In this document: positions 36,354-47,085 of the stretch, piece by piece | Position numbering within the stretch: position 1 is the first letter of the stretch | Layout of the letters: every line of letters begins with the position of its first letter | The notes under the pieces: generated by a model | The model's database searches: none | Seen by the model: the letters and a program-made list of their open reading frames with translations, nothing else | Told to the model about the DNA's origin: nothing | Position numbers and translations under genes: made by a program | Source of the DNA: a virus | DNA: 64,000 bases | Strand: one strand, 5' to 3' | IMG/VR virus record: IMGVR_UViG_3300019766_000011 | Span: 5,668 to 69,667 of that record

Positions 36354-36977
36354 ATGGAGTACCAAATGTACACTAATATTTTTAAAGCTGCCCGACAGGG
36401 TAAATTACTTGTAGCCGAAGATGGTGTTCGTATCTTAGGGCGTACTTACAAGAAGAATGATAAAGTAAGATTCCGAGTTAATATGAATCGAATGAGTCTT
36501 AAGAAATTACTACTAATGGGTTTACTAAAGATAAGTGACTCAGATACTGTAGTTAAAGAAACTAAGGAATTATCTAATGAAAATACTAACCAACGTTCTG
36601 AAGGGCTTGAAGGGTTTGAAGGAAATGAAGACGATCAAGAATTCACTGAAAAAGGATGTGAAGGAGACGTTATCGAAGAGAGTATTGAAGGAGACTCCGT
36701 TATCCAAGAACCTGATAATGCTACAGAACTTGAAGGAACAATTATTGAACCTTCTACAGACCTTGAAAATGATCAAGAAGATAGTAATCAACTTGAAGAG
36801 CCAGTTGAAGGTACTTTGGAAGGATCTGAAGTTGAAATTGAAGAATCTGTAACTGAAATCCCTTCGAAAGAAGATCTATTAGAAATGACACTTAACGAGA
36901 TTCGAGTAATTGCGAATCCACTTGGTCTTTCTAGTAATAGTAAAGAAAAGTTAATTGATAAACTTTTAGCACTTTAA
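36354..36977 (+). CDS. acidic protein with C-terminal Rho-N/HeH-like helical domain
   Basis: LLEMTLNEIRVIA..LGL..SKEKLIDKLL. Confidence 0.6.
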   Translation: MEYQMYTNIFKAARQGKLLVAEDGVRILGRTYKKNDKVRFRVNMNRMSLKKLLLMGLLKISDSDTVVKETKELSNENTNQRSEGLEGFEGNEDDQEFTEKGCEGDVIEESIEGDSVIQEPDNATELEGTIIEPSTDLENDQEDSNQLEEPVEGTLEGSEVEIEESVTEIPSKEDLLEMTLNEIRVIANPLGLSSNSKEKLIDKLLAL

Positions 36978-36992
36978 TTATAAGGAGTTCCT

Positions 36993-37487
36993 ATGTCTAG
37001 TACATACACTTATTCGGGCAATCCCGCAACTGTTCCATTAGATGAAGCTCGATTACTTTTAAGTGATATGGGAACTTCTGATAATACAACTGCGGGAGCA
37101 CCACCTAATTCTAAATTTGGATGTTTAGTAAGTGATGAGATTATTAACTATTATATTAGTAAATATCCAGAAAACATTTATAGAGCATGTTACCACATAT
37201 TATCCTCAGTGATATCTGGATTACAAGGTGGTAACCAAAGATACAAAACTATCCTAAAACAGAAGACAGGTGATCTAGAGAATACTTACGGTAATACCGG
37301 AGCTGACTCTATGTATGTTATCCAAATGATGATTGATAATATAAAGCAGCAGGAACTACAGCAGTATGGATCATTTGTAGATGGATTAGATGTTGACCTT
37401 TCTAAAGAAATTAAAGAAGGTTTCTCACCTGAAAAGCTTTCGATCATAGAACCTATAATGGGGTTAGATCATAGATTCTTAGATTAA
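36993..37487 (+). CDS. head-tail adaptor
   Basis: TYSGNP..LDEARLLLSD..SDEII pattern; position. Confidence 0.7.
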   Translation: MSSTYTYSGNPATVPLDEARLLLSDMGTSDNTTAGAPPNSKFGCLVSDEIINYYISKYPENIYRACYHILSSVISGLQGGNQRYKTILKQKTGDLENTYGNTGADSMYVIQMMIDNIKQQELQQYGSFVDGLDVDLSKEIKEGFSPEKLSIIEPIMGLDHRFLD

Positions 37488-37496
37488 GGAGCCTAC

Positions 37497-37949
37497 ATGA
37501 TAAAAGTTGACGACAGAGTTTGGCAAAAGATGATGAAGGATCTTTTAGTTACCGAGAAGCAGAAAGCTCAAGCTGGTTTCTTCGATGCTAAAACACCTAG
37601 TATTTACAGAGGTAAATCTGAAGCGGATATCATGAACATTAATGAATATGGAGCACATCTTAAGAATGGCTCTAAGATCCCACCTAGGCGAGCAATTGGT
37701 AAAGTAGCAAGACAGAAGCATAAGGTATTTAAGAAGCTTTCTGCAATGCATTTTAGAAGGGTTATTAACGGTGGTAGAGTTAATTTAAAACCATTTGGTA
37801 AAGTTATGAATCAGGCTATCTCCGATAATATAAATAGCCCTACAGGTATGATTAGAAATAAGAAATCAACTATCAGATCTAAAGGTTTTAACAACCCATT
37901 AACAGAGACAGGACACTTAGGTTCAAGTGTCGAGGATAGGGTAATTTAA
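37497..37949 (+). CDS. neck/tail completion protein
   Basis: NEYG..IPPR..STI..KG.NNPL.ETG.L..SV motif. Confidence 0.8.
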   Translation: MIKVDDRVWQKMMKDLLVTEKQKAQAGFFDAKTPSIYRGKSEADIMNINEYGAHLKNGSKIPPRRAIGKVARQKHKVFKKLSAMHFRRVINGGRVNLKPFGKVMNQAISDNINSPTGMIRNKKSTIRSKGFNNPLTETGHLGSSVEDRVI

Positions 37950-38287
37950 TGATTGGAGTTGGTATACACCAAATTAGAAGAGAAGAGGCTGGTACAAGGG
38001 TTAGAGGTAAGTATGTATCAGGTATTATTACAGAGGAACCTTTTGAAGCCTCAATTCAACCAGCAAGTCCTAAAGAGACTACTGAGATACTAGCAGGGGG
38101 CGAAGTAGACTATGAATTATACAAAGGCTACACCTACAGTGATGTTAGGGGTGTAAGGAAGAGTATAGGTAAACCAGCTGATAAAGTCTTTTATGATGAA
38201 ACTTGGTGGAAAGTCGTTAAAGCTAATAGATACAGAGAATCTGATACTGAAGTTCATACTAAGTTCTTTATGGTTAGGGAGATCTAA
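37949..38287 (+). CDS. head closure protein
   Basis: ASIQP..ADKV..WKVV pattern; position. Confidence 0.7.
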   Translation: MIGVGIHQIRREEAGTRVRGKYVSGIITEEPFEASIQPASPKETTEILAGGEVDYELYKGYTYSDVRGVRKSIGKPADKVFYDETWWKVVKANRYRESDTEVHTKFFMVREI

Positions 38288-38991
38288 TGGCTGATATTAC
38301 TAATCTAGATGATATCTTATCTGATATCTATGAAACAGTTTTAGGAAACGAATACCCTATAAATTGGGTAGACCAAGAAGATGTACCTGAACTTAACTCG
38401 AATGTATCAACTTATGTAGATCTTGAGATTGAGAACCTTGAGCAAATCGGTAATGAGTACAATTATAGTGTAACTAATGATGCAGAGGGTAATACCTTTA
38501 GAAGCACTAAAACTGAATGGGAATTTCAATTCATCTTTACAGCCCATGGACCTGATGCAGATAAGGCGATACGTCTAATCGGTAGGTCTAAGGATCAGCT
38601 AGAGACGCGATACCTCTTAACTAATAACAACATAGCACTAAGAAGGTCAAGTGGTATCACACGGCTTCCTAGGGTGGCTGGTGGTGCTATAGAGAAAGGT
38701 GCAACTATTACCTTTACGATGGGTGTTGCTGATATCTATACTGAAGAGATTCCAACTATAGACTCGACAGTTGTTGAAGGGATAGTACCTATTACTTTCC
38801 AAAACCACGAGTCGGATTTAACAGTAGATACTCAAAGTTATTTCTCCCGTTATGGTTATGAAATTGATACTGTATTTAAAGACTACCATAGCTACACAAA
38901 TGAATATAATCACATCATTAATTTAGGAAGTTATTTAGATTCTACTGAATCTGATAATGTAAATGATGGTGGGTCTTACCCAATTTTATAA
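38287..38991 (+). CDS. tail terminator/neck protein
   Basis: Position between closure and tail genes. Confidence 0.6.
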   Translation: MADITNLDDILSDIYETVLGNEYPINWVDQEDVPELNSNVSTYVDLEIENLEQIGNEYNYSVTNDAEGNTFRSTKTEWEFQFIFTAHGPDADKAIRLIGRSKDQLETRYLLTNNNIALRRSSGITRLPRVAGGAIEKGATITFTMGVADIYTEEIPTIDSTVVEGIVPITFQNHESDLTVDTQSYFSRYGYEIDTVFKDYHSYTNEYNHIINLGSYLDSTESDNVNDGGSYPIL

Positions 38992-39006
38992 TTAAAGGAA
39001 TTTAGT

Positions 39007-41667
39007 ATGCCAGAAAAGTTAATACCTATGCATGGTACATCATCAGCTGCTGATGAATATACAGGCTCTAAGTCTGAAATAACCATGGATGAAACTAATA
39101 ATACCATACGAGTACATGATGGAGCTAAAGCAGGTGGCCATGCATTAGCTAGACTTGATCAAGTATCAGAACAACTACAGGCGGATTGGGGTGCAACTGA
39201 AGTAGAAGATAAATCTTTCATTAAAAACAAACCTACCAACTTAAGTGATTTTGATAATGATCAGGTTTTTATATCAGAAGCACCAGAAGATGGTAATCAG
39301 TATGTACGGAAAGATACAGATTGGGAAGAGATTGTAGTAGAGCAATCTGACTGGACTGAAACGGATAACACAAGTGCAGCTTATATACATAACAAGATCA
39401 CACCATCTACTGTACTAGAAGTGGAAGACCCTACAAGTGAAGACACTTACATCACTCCTAAAGTCTTGAAAGACCTGACCAAAGTGGCCATTGGTTTAGA
39501 TGCGGGGAAGATCTTACAAGGGAATAACTCCGTGGCAATAGGTGACGAGGCAGGTAGGGATACCCAAGGAAATTCTGCTGTATCTATAGGAGATGCAGCA
39601 GGTAAAGCTGACCAAGGGAACTATTCAGTAGCGGTAGGGAGAAATTCGGCCTTGACGAACCAAGGCAACTCTTCAGTAGCGGTAGGTGATACATCAGGCA
39701 GGACAAACCAAGGTAGAAGTGCAGTAGCAGTGGGAACCTACGCAGGGGTCCAAGGGCAGGAAGACTACGCAGTTGCCGTTGGTAGTGGTGCTGGTGGGAC
39801 GAATCAAGGATTATCTTCAGTTTCAATTGGTCCAACATCTGGAGCTAATGAACAGGGTCAATATTCTGTAGCTGTCGGATCTGGATCTGGTGAAAATGGT
39901 CAAGGAAATGGTGCAGTATCTGTAGGTAAGAATGCTGGTGAGACTACTCAGGGAGATTATGCAATAGCCTTAGGTGAAAATGCTGGGAGAAGTTCCCAAG
40001 GTGGCGGATCTGTTGCTATTGGTAGGTCTTCGGGAGACACCTCACAACAATCGAATGCAGTAGCTGTTGGCAGTTCGGCAGGTCGTGAAGATCAAGAGAC
40101 TAATGCAGTAGCTGTAGGATACTTAGCAGGGGATATCGCACAAGGAACTGAAGCTGTAGCTATCGGTAACGAAGCAGGGAAAGGGACTCAAAGATCTGGT
40201 GCCGTTGCTATAGGGGGCGAATCTGGTAGTGTTTCACAAGGGACTAAGTCTGTTGCCATTGGTTTTGAATCCGGTAATGGTTATCAAGGGTCTACATCTG
40301 TAGCAGTTGGTTACCAATCTGGGCAAACTAATCAGTCAACCGCCTCTGTAGCTGTAGGTGTTAGATCCGGTCAAACTAACCAGTCTGGAAGTGCTGTAGC
40401 AGTTGGTAATGAAGCGGGTCAAACCTCTCAAGGTATTAGTGCTGTAGCTGTTGGTAAGAGGTCAGGTGAAACCAGTCAAGGTCAGGCAGCCATTGCCATA
40501 GGTGACTCTGCTGGTAATAGCCTGCAAGGTGCTGGCGCTATCGCTATAGGGTTAGCAGCTGGTGCATCTAACCAAGAGGCCCAAGGTGTACATATTAAGA
40601 CAACAGACTTCGATATGGAGTACCTACCTTCAACTAAAGTACTAGACTTCACTAACGCTGATGGGGATCTAGACTTAACTGTGAACGGTGTAGCTGTTGG
40701 TGGGGGTGGGATAAACGCCCCATATAGTAGACTATTTATAGATTGTCTTAATGACCCATCAGCTCCTTTAGTTAAACCAGATGGGACAGTGACAACAATT
40801 GGAGGAATTGGTGGTAAGTTGATGGGTCGTAGTAAGTATAAGATCCCTAACTCTTTCTACTTCGAGACAACTAAAGAATCCAGCTCCAATAGTAGTGCAT
40901 TATACTTAATGTTTTGTCCAATCACTACCAATGCATTAGGAGATACTACAGACTTCACTAAGGGTTTTGGTATAAGATTCCTACAAACTTCATCAGAGAA
41001 CATTGTAAGTGTAGGTACTGTAGTGGGAACCTCTTTGACAGATAGGATTATATCTGTAAATAGCGCCACAGACTCCTTCCCCTGTAATGTAGGTGACACT
41101 ATAGGTTTTAGTGTACAACCTGATGGACTAGATATGCACATTATTGCAAATAATATAACGCAGGGAACGACACTCACACATACTCATAATGACGGAGCTA
41201 CTAACTGGTCTAACGTGTTATTAGATTTTAGTGTACAAATGTCTGGGATATCTAATGGGTCTTACACTCTTAATACAGGGCAGAGTGAGTTCTTAGGGGA
41301 CTCTCAAGGTTTCCCAGTTTTAGATCATACTCCTCTAGGGGTTAATAGGAGTCTGGTAACTCTTTGGGAGGGTTCAAAAAATACACCAAATATTACTAAT
41401 GACTATATAGTTAAAGGTGCAGGCAACTGGTATATAACATCAGGAAGTTCAACCCCGTTCCTAGTAACTGTTAGCAATTTACAGACCAGACACATAGTAG
41501 AACAAACTACTGCAAACTTTATAGGTAACACGATGGCAGTCACTGCTGTCACAACACAAGCAGGTATGTCATCTATGTCTACAATACAGAATGATATAAA
41601 CCTATCCTCTAATCAAGTTGGTTTAGTAAATATTCCGGTAACTAAAATAGAATATGCACCCCTTTAA
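39007..41667 (+). CDS. fibre/whisker protein with Mtd-N-like anchor and 22 YadA-head-like 16-aa repeats
   Basis: EITMD..TIRVHDG..AGG N-terminus; QGxxAVAVGxxAGxxx repeats 39517-40572. Confidence 0.8.
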   Translation: MPEKLIPMHGTSSAADEYTGSKSEITMDETNNTIRVHDGAKAGGHALARLDQVSEQLQADWGATEVEDKSFIKNKPTNLSDFDNDQVFISEAPEDGNQYVRKDTDWEEIVVEQSDWTETDNTSAAYIHNKITPSTVLEVEDPTSEDTYITPKVLKDLTKVAIGLDAGKILQGNNSVAIGDEAGRDTQGNSAVSIGDAAGKADQGNYSVAVGRNSALTNQGNSSVAVGDTSGRTNQGRSAVAVGTYAGVQGQEDYAVAVGSGAGGTNQGLSSVSIGPTSGANEQGQYSVAVGSGSGENGQGNGAVSVGKNAGETTQGDYAIALGENAGRSSQGGGSVAIGRSSGDTSQQSNAVAVGSSAGREDQETNAVAVGYLAGDIAQGTEAVAIGNEAGKGTQRSGAVAIGGESGSVSQGTKSVAIGFESGNGYQGSTSVAVGYQSGQTNQSTASVAVGVRSGQTNQSGSAVAVGNEAGQTSQGISAVAVGKRSGETSQGQAAIAIGDSAGNSLQGAGAIAIGLAAGASNQEAQGVHIKTTDFDMEYLPSTKVLDFTNADGDLDLTVNGVAVGGGGINAPYSRLFIDCLNDPSAPLVKPDGTVTTIGGIGGKLMGRSKYKIPNSFYFETTKESSSNSSALYLMFCPITTNALGDTTDFTKGFGIRFLQTSSENIVSVGTVVGTSLTDRIISVNSATDSFPCNVGDTIGFSVQPDGLDMHIIANNITQGTTLTHTHNDGATNWSNVLLDFSVQMSGISNGSYTLNTGQSEFLGDSQGFPVLDHTPLGVNRSLVTLWEGSKNTPNITNDYIVKGAGNWYITSGSSTPFLVTVSNLQTRHIVEQTTANFIGNTMAVTAVTTQAGMSSMSTIQNDINLSSNQVGLVNIPVTKIEYAPL

Positions 41668-41676
41668 GGAAGACCT

Positions 41677-42138
41677 ATGAAAATTAAACTAGATACAGAG
41701 AGATTTGTATTCCCTAACGGTGAATGGCAAGACTTACCCAACACCACCTTGGACGAATCCGTGGCAGTGGTCAGCAAAGAGGTTGACCTATCCACTGTGA
41801 AGTATGAGGGAGGTAAGATGATACCACTTACGGAGGAGGAACTACTCTACAAGTTGATGGAGGAAAGAGCCATAGAAGGTAATGAGATCGTAAATTATCT
41901 AACTATCTACTTAAATACTAAAGCTAAGGAATATGGTTACGATAATTACCATTCTTCTATGATCTATATCAATTCTTCTGATACAGATGTTAGTAGCTTA
42001 TCTCAAGCTTTCTTCAATTGTGTTGATGCTGTTTGGTCGTATGTGAAATCTAATAGAGATTCCTTTGAAGCTACAGGTCATCCTAATTTAGAAGAAATTA
42101 AATTAAACCACCCTAAACTAGAAGATTATTTAGTTTAA
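41677..42138 (+). CDS. fibre assembly chaperone
   Basis: Follows fibre; L..KAKEYGYD..S..Y..S..A..F..D.VW pattern. Confidence 0.7.
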   Translation: MKIKLDTERFVFPNGEWQDLPNTTLDESVAVVSKEVDLSTVKYEGGKMIPLTEEELLYKLMEERAIEGNEIVNYLTIYLNTKAKEYGYDNYHSSMIYINSSDTDVSSLSQAFFNCVDAVWSYVKSNRDSFEATGHPNLEEIKLNHPKLEDYLV

Positions 42139-42189
42139 CTATTAAACGAGGTACTACTAAAGTACCTCACCTACTTAAAAGGAAATAAA

Positions 42190-43212
42190 ATGACTTCATT
42201 AACTAAAATTGCTAATAGTCAGATATCTCGAAGCACTGCACGTATTTCAGTTGCTTCATTTAATCAAGGACTTTACCTTGTAGAAGCTGATTCAAATCTA
42301 GATGATAACGACTACTATGCTGTATCTAGTACTGATGATGTACTTGCAATTACAGGTATGACTACTACATCACCTGCTTATTTAGCAGCAGCTGCTTACT
42401 TCAGTGGCGACATTACTCCTCAAACTTTGATCATCGGTCAGAAACTTGCAAGTGATACAGACCACGGTGCTGCTGTAGCTCGTATTAAAGCAGCAGGGGC
42501 CTCTTTCTACTACATGGCTGCTGAGACTCGTGTATTTACAGAACAACAGGCTATCAGTACATACATTGGCTCTCAGCCTAAAGTATACTTAGCTATGTCT
42601 AACTTACCAGCTGATATTGTAGCAGCTAATGATTCATCAGCTGAGACTACTAATTCTGATCGCACAACTTACTTTTATGAAACAGCCGCTGCCATTACTT
42701 ATAATGAAATGCGAGCTATGGGTAAATTCTGTGCTGCTACTACGGGATCTTGGGTAGCTGCTTCTCAGTTATTATCAGGTGCAGTGGATACTAAGTTAAG
42801 TGATACCCAATACGATGAAGCTATTACTAATCGTATGAACTTCTTCGCTAACTTTGGTGGCTTAGTTGCACTTCAAAATGGCCAAGCATCTTCAGGTGAA
42901 TGGTTAGACGTTATCGTTAATTTAGATTATGTAGATGCACGATTAGAAGAAGCCCTTGCTCTACTAAAAATCTCTCGTGATAAAATTAGTTATGATGATG
43001 ATGGTATTGCTTTAGAAGAAAATGCAATTCGTGGTGTATTAGGTACAGCACAGGATTTAGGAATCTTCTCTTCTTATACAATTACCTCTAAAACTGCTGC
43101 TGAAGTAGGCAGTCAAGTTCGTGGTACTCGTGAGTATGCTGGTTTCAATTGGACAGCAGTACTTGAAGGCGCTATTCAATACACAGATGTACGTGGCAAC
43201 GTAGGAGCATAA
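42190..43212 (+). CDS. tail sheath protein (DUF3383-like)
   Basis: AYLAAAAYFS..P..L.IG, SGEWLDVI..LDY..ARL, KISYDDDGI, GAI. Confidence 0.88.
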   Translation: MTSLTKIANSQISRSTARISVASFNQGLYLVEADSNLDDNDYYAVSSTDDVLAITGMTTTSPAYLAAAAYFSGDITPQTLIIGQKLASDTDHGAAVARIKAAGASFYYMAAETRVFTEQQAISTYIGSQPKVYLAMSNLPADIVAANDSSAETTNSDRTTYFYETAAAITYNEMRAMGKFCAATTGSWVAASQLLSGAVDTKLSDTQYDEAITNRMNFFANFGGLVALQNGQASSGEWLDVIVNLDYVDARLEEALALLKISRDKISYDDDGIALEENAIRGVLGTAQDLGIFSSYTITSKTAAEVGSQVRGTREYAGFNWTAVLEGAIQYTDVRGNVGA

Positions 43213-43216
43213 TATA

Positions 43217-43636
43217 ATGGAAACATATCTACCAAGTGAAGTAAAAATGTCTTTAGGCACAATACCTATTAAAGGTGTTATGGATGGTACTTTTATTACT
43301 ATCGAACCTAATGCAGATACATGGAAAAAGAAAGTAGGTGCTCAAGGCACTGTAGGACGTACACGTATTGAAGATAGTTCATATCGTATCACTATTACGC
43401 TAATGGGAAGTTCTGCAACTAATGAAGAACTAACTGGTGCTTACCTAGTTGATAAAGCTACAGGTGCTGGACAGCTCCCATTCTCTATGAATGATAATAG
43501 TGGTAAGGATAAGTTCTTTGCTACTAACGCATGGATTGTAGCACTTCCAGCTGTGAGTAAATCTGATGATATTACTCCTGTAGTTTGGATTATCGACTGT
43601 GCAGTTGGTGATAACATTATTGGCGGAAACGCTTAA
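43217..43636 (+). CDS. tail tube protein (DUF3277-like)
   Basis: TY.P.EV..G..DGTFITI..VGAQG..ITITLM.SSATN..L. Confidence 0.88.
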   Translation: METYLPSEVKMSLGTIPIKGVMDGTFITIEPNADTWKKKVGAQGTVGRTRIEDSSYRITITLMGSSATNEELTGAYLVDKATGAGQLPFSMNDNSGKDKFFATNAWIVALPAVSKSDDITPVVWIIDCAVGDNIIGGNA

Positions 43637-43659
43637 CTTAAACATCTGAGGAGGATGAC

Positions 43660-44121
43660 ATGGCTTTAAAATTACATCAAGGTGAGATCACAGATTCAGA
43701 AGGTAACGTAATATCGTATGCCTTTAAAACAATGGGATCACGTAAAGGTATCCCAACTAAACTAAAATTAGCTAAACTTATCGGACCAAGTATTACAGGC
43801 GCATTTTCAAGTGTCACTACTGACGAAAATGGTGAAGCTGTTATTAAACCTGAAGACCTTAATAGCATCACAGCTACGATCTTAGAAGCAATCTCGGATG
43901 ATGAAAGTGCTTTAGATCTAATCGAAACCCTTCTATCTGGTGTTATAATGGATGGAGTTGAAGTGGATTTCGATGAATACTGGGCAGGTAATTATGGCAC
44001 CATGTACAAGATGGCATTGATTGTCGCTAAGGCTAACTTCGGGAGTCTTCTAAGCTTGGTCGGTATCAGCCCTATGCATTCCCAGATTCCAAAGGATCTA
44101 GGGGAGCTTACAGCACAATAG
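43660..44121 (+). CDS. tail assembly chaperone
   Basis: Between tube and tape measure; FDEYWAGNYG..NFG. Confidence 0.8.
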   Translation: MALKLHQGEITDSEGNVISYAFKTMGSRKGIPTKLKLAKLIGPSITGAFSSVTTDENGEAVIKPEDLNSITATILEAISDDESALDLIETLLSGVIMDGVEVDFDEYWAGNYGTMYKMALIVAKANFGSLLSLVGISPMHSQIPKDLGELTAQ

Positions 44122-44309
44122 TAAGTACTACGGCCAGTCATTATAATATTAACTGGCCTATAATGCGTTTAGTGTACGATCAAAGCTTAAATTATACAGC
44201 AGATTACTTATACGATGAATGCGATATACATGATATTGAAGAGTTAATCGAATATCAAGATCTGCTGGCTGATATGAATAAAGCAGATGAAATAGATAAT
44301 GAAAGGTAA
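44037..44309 (+). CDS. -1 frame ORF, probable chaperone extension (gpT-like)
   Basis: Open in -1 frame 44037-44309, ends ..IEELIEYQDLLADMNKADEIDNER just before TMP. Confidence 0.55.
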   Translation, partial: LRESSKLGRYQPYAFPDSKGSRGAYSTIVSTTASHYNINWPIMRLVYDQSLNYTADYLYDECDIHDIEELIEYQDLLADMNKADEIDNER

Positions 44310-44314
44310 TTAAT

Positions 44315-45988
44315 ATGGCTACACAGAGTATCAAGGTAGCAGATATCTTTGCACAATTTGGTTTTAAAATTGATAAGACCTCCATGCAAAGTGTTAACAA
44401 TGCTATCCAATCTGGTGGTGCTAATATGGGCACCTATACTAACAAGATAAAAAGAAACCGTAGTGCAATGCAGGGTTTAGTTAACACCATGCGAGATTAC
44501 AAAGGTATCTTAATTGCAGTTGGTGGTTTACAGTTAGGCCAGTCCCTTGTTAGGGCAACTCGTGATGCTCAGTCCATGGATAATGCCTTGTTAGCAGCCT
44601 CCGGATCTCAGGAGGCTTATGCTACGAACAATGAATTTTTACAAGGTACAGTCGATAGATTGGGGCTTTCATTAAGAGAAACAGCTAACGATTATACTTT
44701 GATGACTGCATCAGCTGATGGACTATTTGATGCCAATAATAAAATAGCGAATCAGAAAGAAATTGATAAAGTATTTCTATCTGTAGCAGAAGCTTCAACT
44801 GTTTTAGGTTTAAGTGCAGACAAAACCCATGGAACACTTCTCGCACTTACCCAGATAATGAGTAAAGGGAAAGTACAGTCAGAAGAATTACGTGGTCAGC
44901 TGGGTGAACGGTTACCCGGTGCTTATAGAATAGCAGCCGAGGCAATGGGTTTAACTACTGCTGAATTAAACAAACAACTAGAATTAGGTAATATCTCTTC
45001 TAAAGAGTTCCTACCAAAGTTTGCTGATAGGTTAAGGGAAACTTTCACCAATGCAGATGTGATACGTGGATCTAGGTCTTTAAATGCAAATATTAATAGA
45101 TTAAATACTACGTTCTTTAGAGCTGGTAAAGAATTAGGTGAAGGTGGTTTTAATAAAGGGTTAACACTTCTTCTTATTAATATATCTAAATTACTAGATA
45201 GACTAACCCCTGTATTCTACGCATTAGGACGTGGACTAGAATTCTTAATGGTTCCTTTTAGGGTACTATTTAGAATGCTTGAAGGTGTTGCAGCGGTCTT
45301 CGAGTGGAGTACCACAGCAGGTCTAGGACTTGTAATGGCTATAGGCGGTATAGTAACAGCTGTAATTGGGGCTGGACCTGTTCTAGCGGGCTTAGGTGCT
45401 ATTCTAGCTCTGCTAACATCCCCTATAACAATTGCTATTGGATTATTCACAGCTATAGGTATTGCAATAGATGAAATGTGGACCTACTTTCAAGGTGGTG
45501 AGACAATACTAGGTGAGTTTGAATGGTTCCGTGATCTAATGGATATGTTTAAAGAGATTCCACAACTTATAGAAGATGCAAAGAAAGCTGTTGACGATTT
45601 CTTTAGTTTGAAAACTGTTGATAAGGTGAATGATGCTTTACTTGATGCGGGAGATTTACTTCAGGAAAAAGCTGATGAATACTTAGGTGATGCAACGGAT
45701 GTAATCTCTGTAATGTGGTCAGGACTTAAAAGTGATATGTCTGATATGTTCGGAACTCCCTCACAGGTTGTAACTTCTAAAGATTCTACTGTACGTCCAA
45801 TAGATAGAGTAAGTGCCACCACATCAAGTAATAAGACTAATATTGATTCCTCTACTACTATCGACAAAGTTGAAATAAATCTTAAGAGTGATCTAGATAA
45901 AGATGTGATACAGAGTGAAGTGACAAAAGGTATTAATTCTTATACTCAAAATAAAACTACTCTTAAAATGAAACCTACGGAGGGTTAA
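44315..45988 (+). CDS. tape measure protein
   Basis: ALTQIMSKGKVQSEELRGQLGERLPG tape-measure motif; hydrophobic segment. Confidence 0.92.
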   Translation: MATQSIKVADIFAQFGFKIDKTSMQSVNNAIQSGGANMGTYTNKIKRNRSAMQGLVNTMRDYKGILIAVGGLQLGQSLVRATRDAQSMDNALLAASGSQEAYATNNEFLQGTVDRLGLSLRETANDYTLMTASADGLFDANNKIANQKEIDKVFLSVAEASTVLGLSADKTHGTLLALTQIMSKGKVQSEELRGQLGERLPGAYRIAAEAMGLTTAELNKQLELGNISSKEFLPKFADRLRETFTNADVIRGSRSLNANINRLNTTFFRAGKELGEGGFNKGLTLLLINISKLLDRLTPVFYALGRGLEFLMVPFRVLFRMLEGVAAVFEWSTTAGLGLVMAIGGIVTAVIGAGPVLAGLGAILALLTSPITIAIGLFTAIGIAIDEMWTYFQGGETILGEFEWFRDLMDMFKEIPQLIEDAKKAVDDFFSLKTVDKVNDALLDAGDLLQEKADEYLGDATDVISVMWSGLKSDMSDMFGTPSQVVTSKDSTVRPIDRVSATTSSNKTNIDSSTTIDKVEINLKSDLDKDVIQSEVTKGINSYTQNKTTLKMKPTEG

Positions 45989-45990
45989 TT

Positions 45991-46716
45991 ATGCCATTAG
46001 GATTAGTACAAGCTGCTAGTGGTGTAGCATCACGACTAGGACTTTATAACGATAAATCTTCCCAACCTGAGAAGTACCTTACATTTAGATTTCAAGAACT
46101 AGAGAATGGTACTTTTAAGGATGATGAAGCTTTATACGTAACATTAGATGTTGTAGATGAAATCAATATAAAGATGCCAACTAGGATTTCAAAGAAACCA
46201 ACATCTGAAGGTCGTAAAACCGATAATATCCACAACGACCCTATAGAGGTTCACTTTAGAGGCTTTATTTCTAATGCATCCATCAATCTTTTAGATACTA
46301 ATAAGATAGGATCTAGGATTACTTCAATACTAGCAAGTAGTGTAGGACTCTCACCTCTAGCAGCTGGATTAGCAGCAGAGGCAGCTATGGCTACCATAGT
46401 AACAGATAAAGCCTCAGATAAAGCTTATGATTTGATTAAACAGATTAGGAATAAACGAGGACTTGTATCTATCTCAACAAGTCTAGAAACTTTCTCAGGG
46501 ATGGTCTTCGAGTCAATTGATATTCCTATAAATTACGATGTAGGTGATTCTCTATACATTGAAGCAAGAGCTATTAAGCTTCCTATTGTATCTTCCAAAA
46601 CTATTGCAAGTACTTTTATGGATCTTGAAGATAATAGTGGTGGTGCATCAACTACCGACCTTGGAAATCAATCAATGAAGACAACTGATTCATCCATTTT
46701 AAAATCTTTATTTTAA
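45991..46716 (+). CDS. tail tube initiator/baseplate protein
   Basis: Follows TMP; P..EG..TDNI..P..G pattern. Confidence 0.7.
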   Translation: MPLGLVQAASGVASRLGLYNDKSSQPEKYLTFRFQELENGTFKDDEALYVTLDVVDEINIKMPTRISKKPTSEGRKTDNIHNDPIEVHFRGFISNASINLLDTNKIGSRITSILASSVGLSPLAAGLAAEAAMATIVTDKASDKAYDLIKQIRNKRGLVSISTSLETFSGMVFESIDIPINYDVGDSLYIEARAIKLPIVSSKTIASTFMDLEDNSGGASTTDLGNQSMKTTDSSILKSLF

Positions 46717-46725
46717 GGAGTACTT

Positions 46726-47085
46726 ATGCAACAAGTTCCAATTAAAGAAGGTACTCAAGATTTTATACAAACCTTACAACTGGATGATGGTATTAAAACC
46801 TTACCTATTCGTTTAAGGTTACGGTGGAGTAGTAGACTAGGAGAAAATGGCTTAGGTATGTGGGTGTTATCCTTTTACAAATCAAACGGTGAGCCTCTTA
46901 TCACAGGAATTCCATTGGTTGTAGGTTTGGATATAACAGGCAGATTTGGTAGGGATGAATTAGGAACAGGTCATTTGGTTTGTGTACATGTTGATGGTTT
47001 GGTTGAAGTAGGTTTTAATGATTTAACAAATGGTAAGGCTAGTCTTTATTATTTAACGGATGCTGAATATGACGCTATTACTTAA
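46726..47085 (+). CDS. baseplate protein
   Basis: LRW..W.L..G.PLI.GIPLV.G.D..LYY pattern. Confidence 0.7.
   Translation: MQQVPIKEGTQDFIQTLQLDDGIKTLPIRLRLRWSSRLGENGLGMWVLSFYKSNGEPLITGIPLVVGLDITGRFGRDELGTGHLVCVHVDGLVEVGFNDLTNGKASLYYLTDAEYDAIT

Noticed and set aside
39007-41667. Diversity-generating retroelement target (Mtd-like N-terminus)
   Set aside because: No reverse transcriptase and no TR/VR pair seen in the window.
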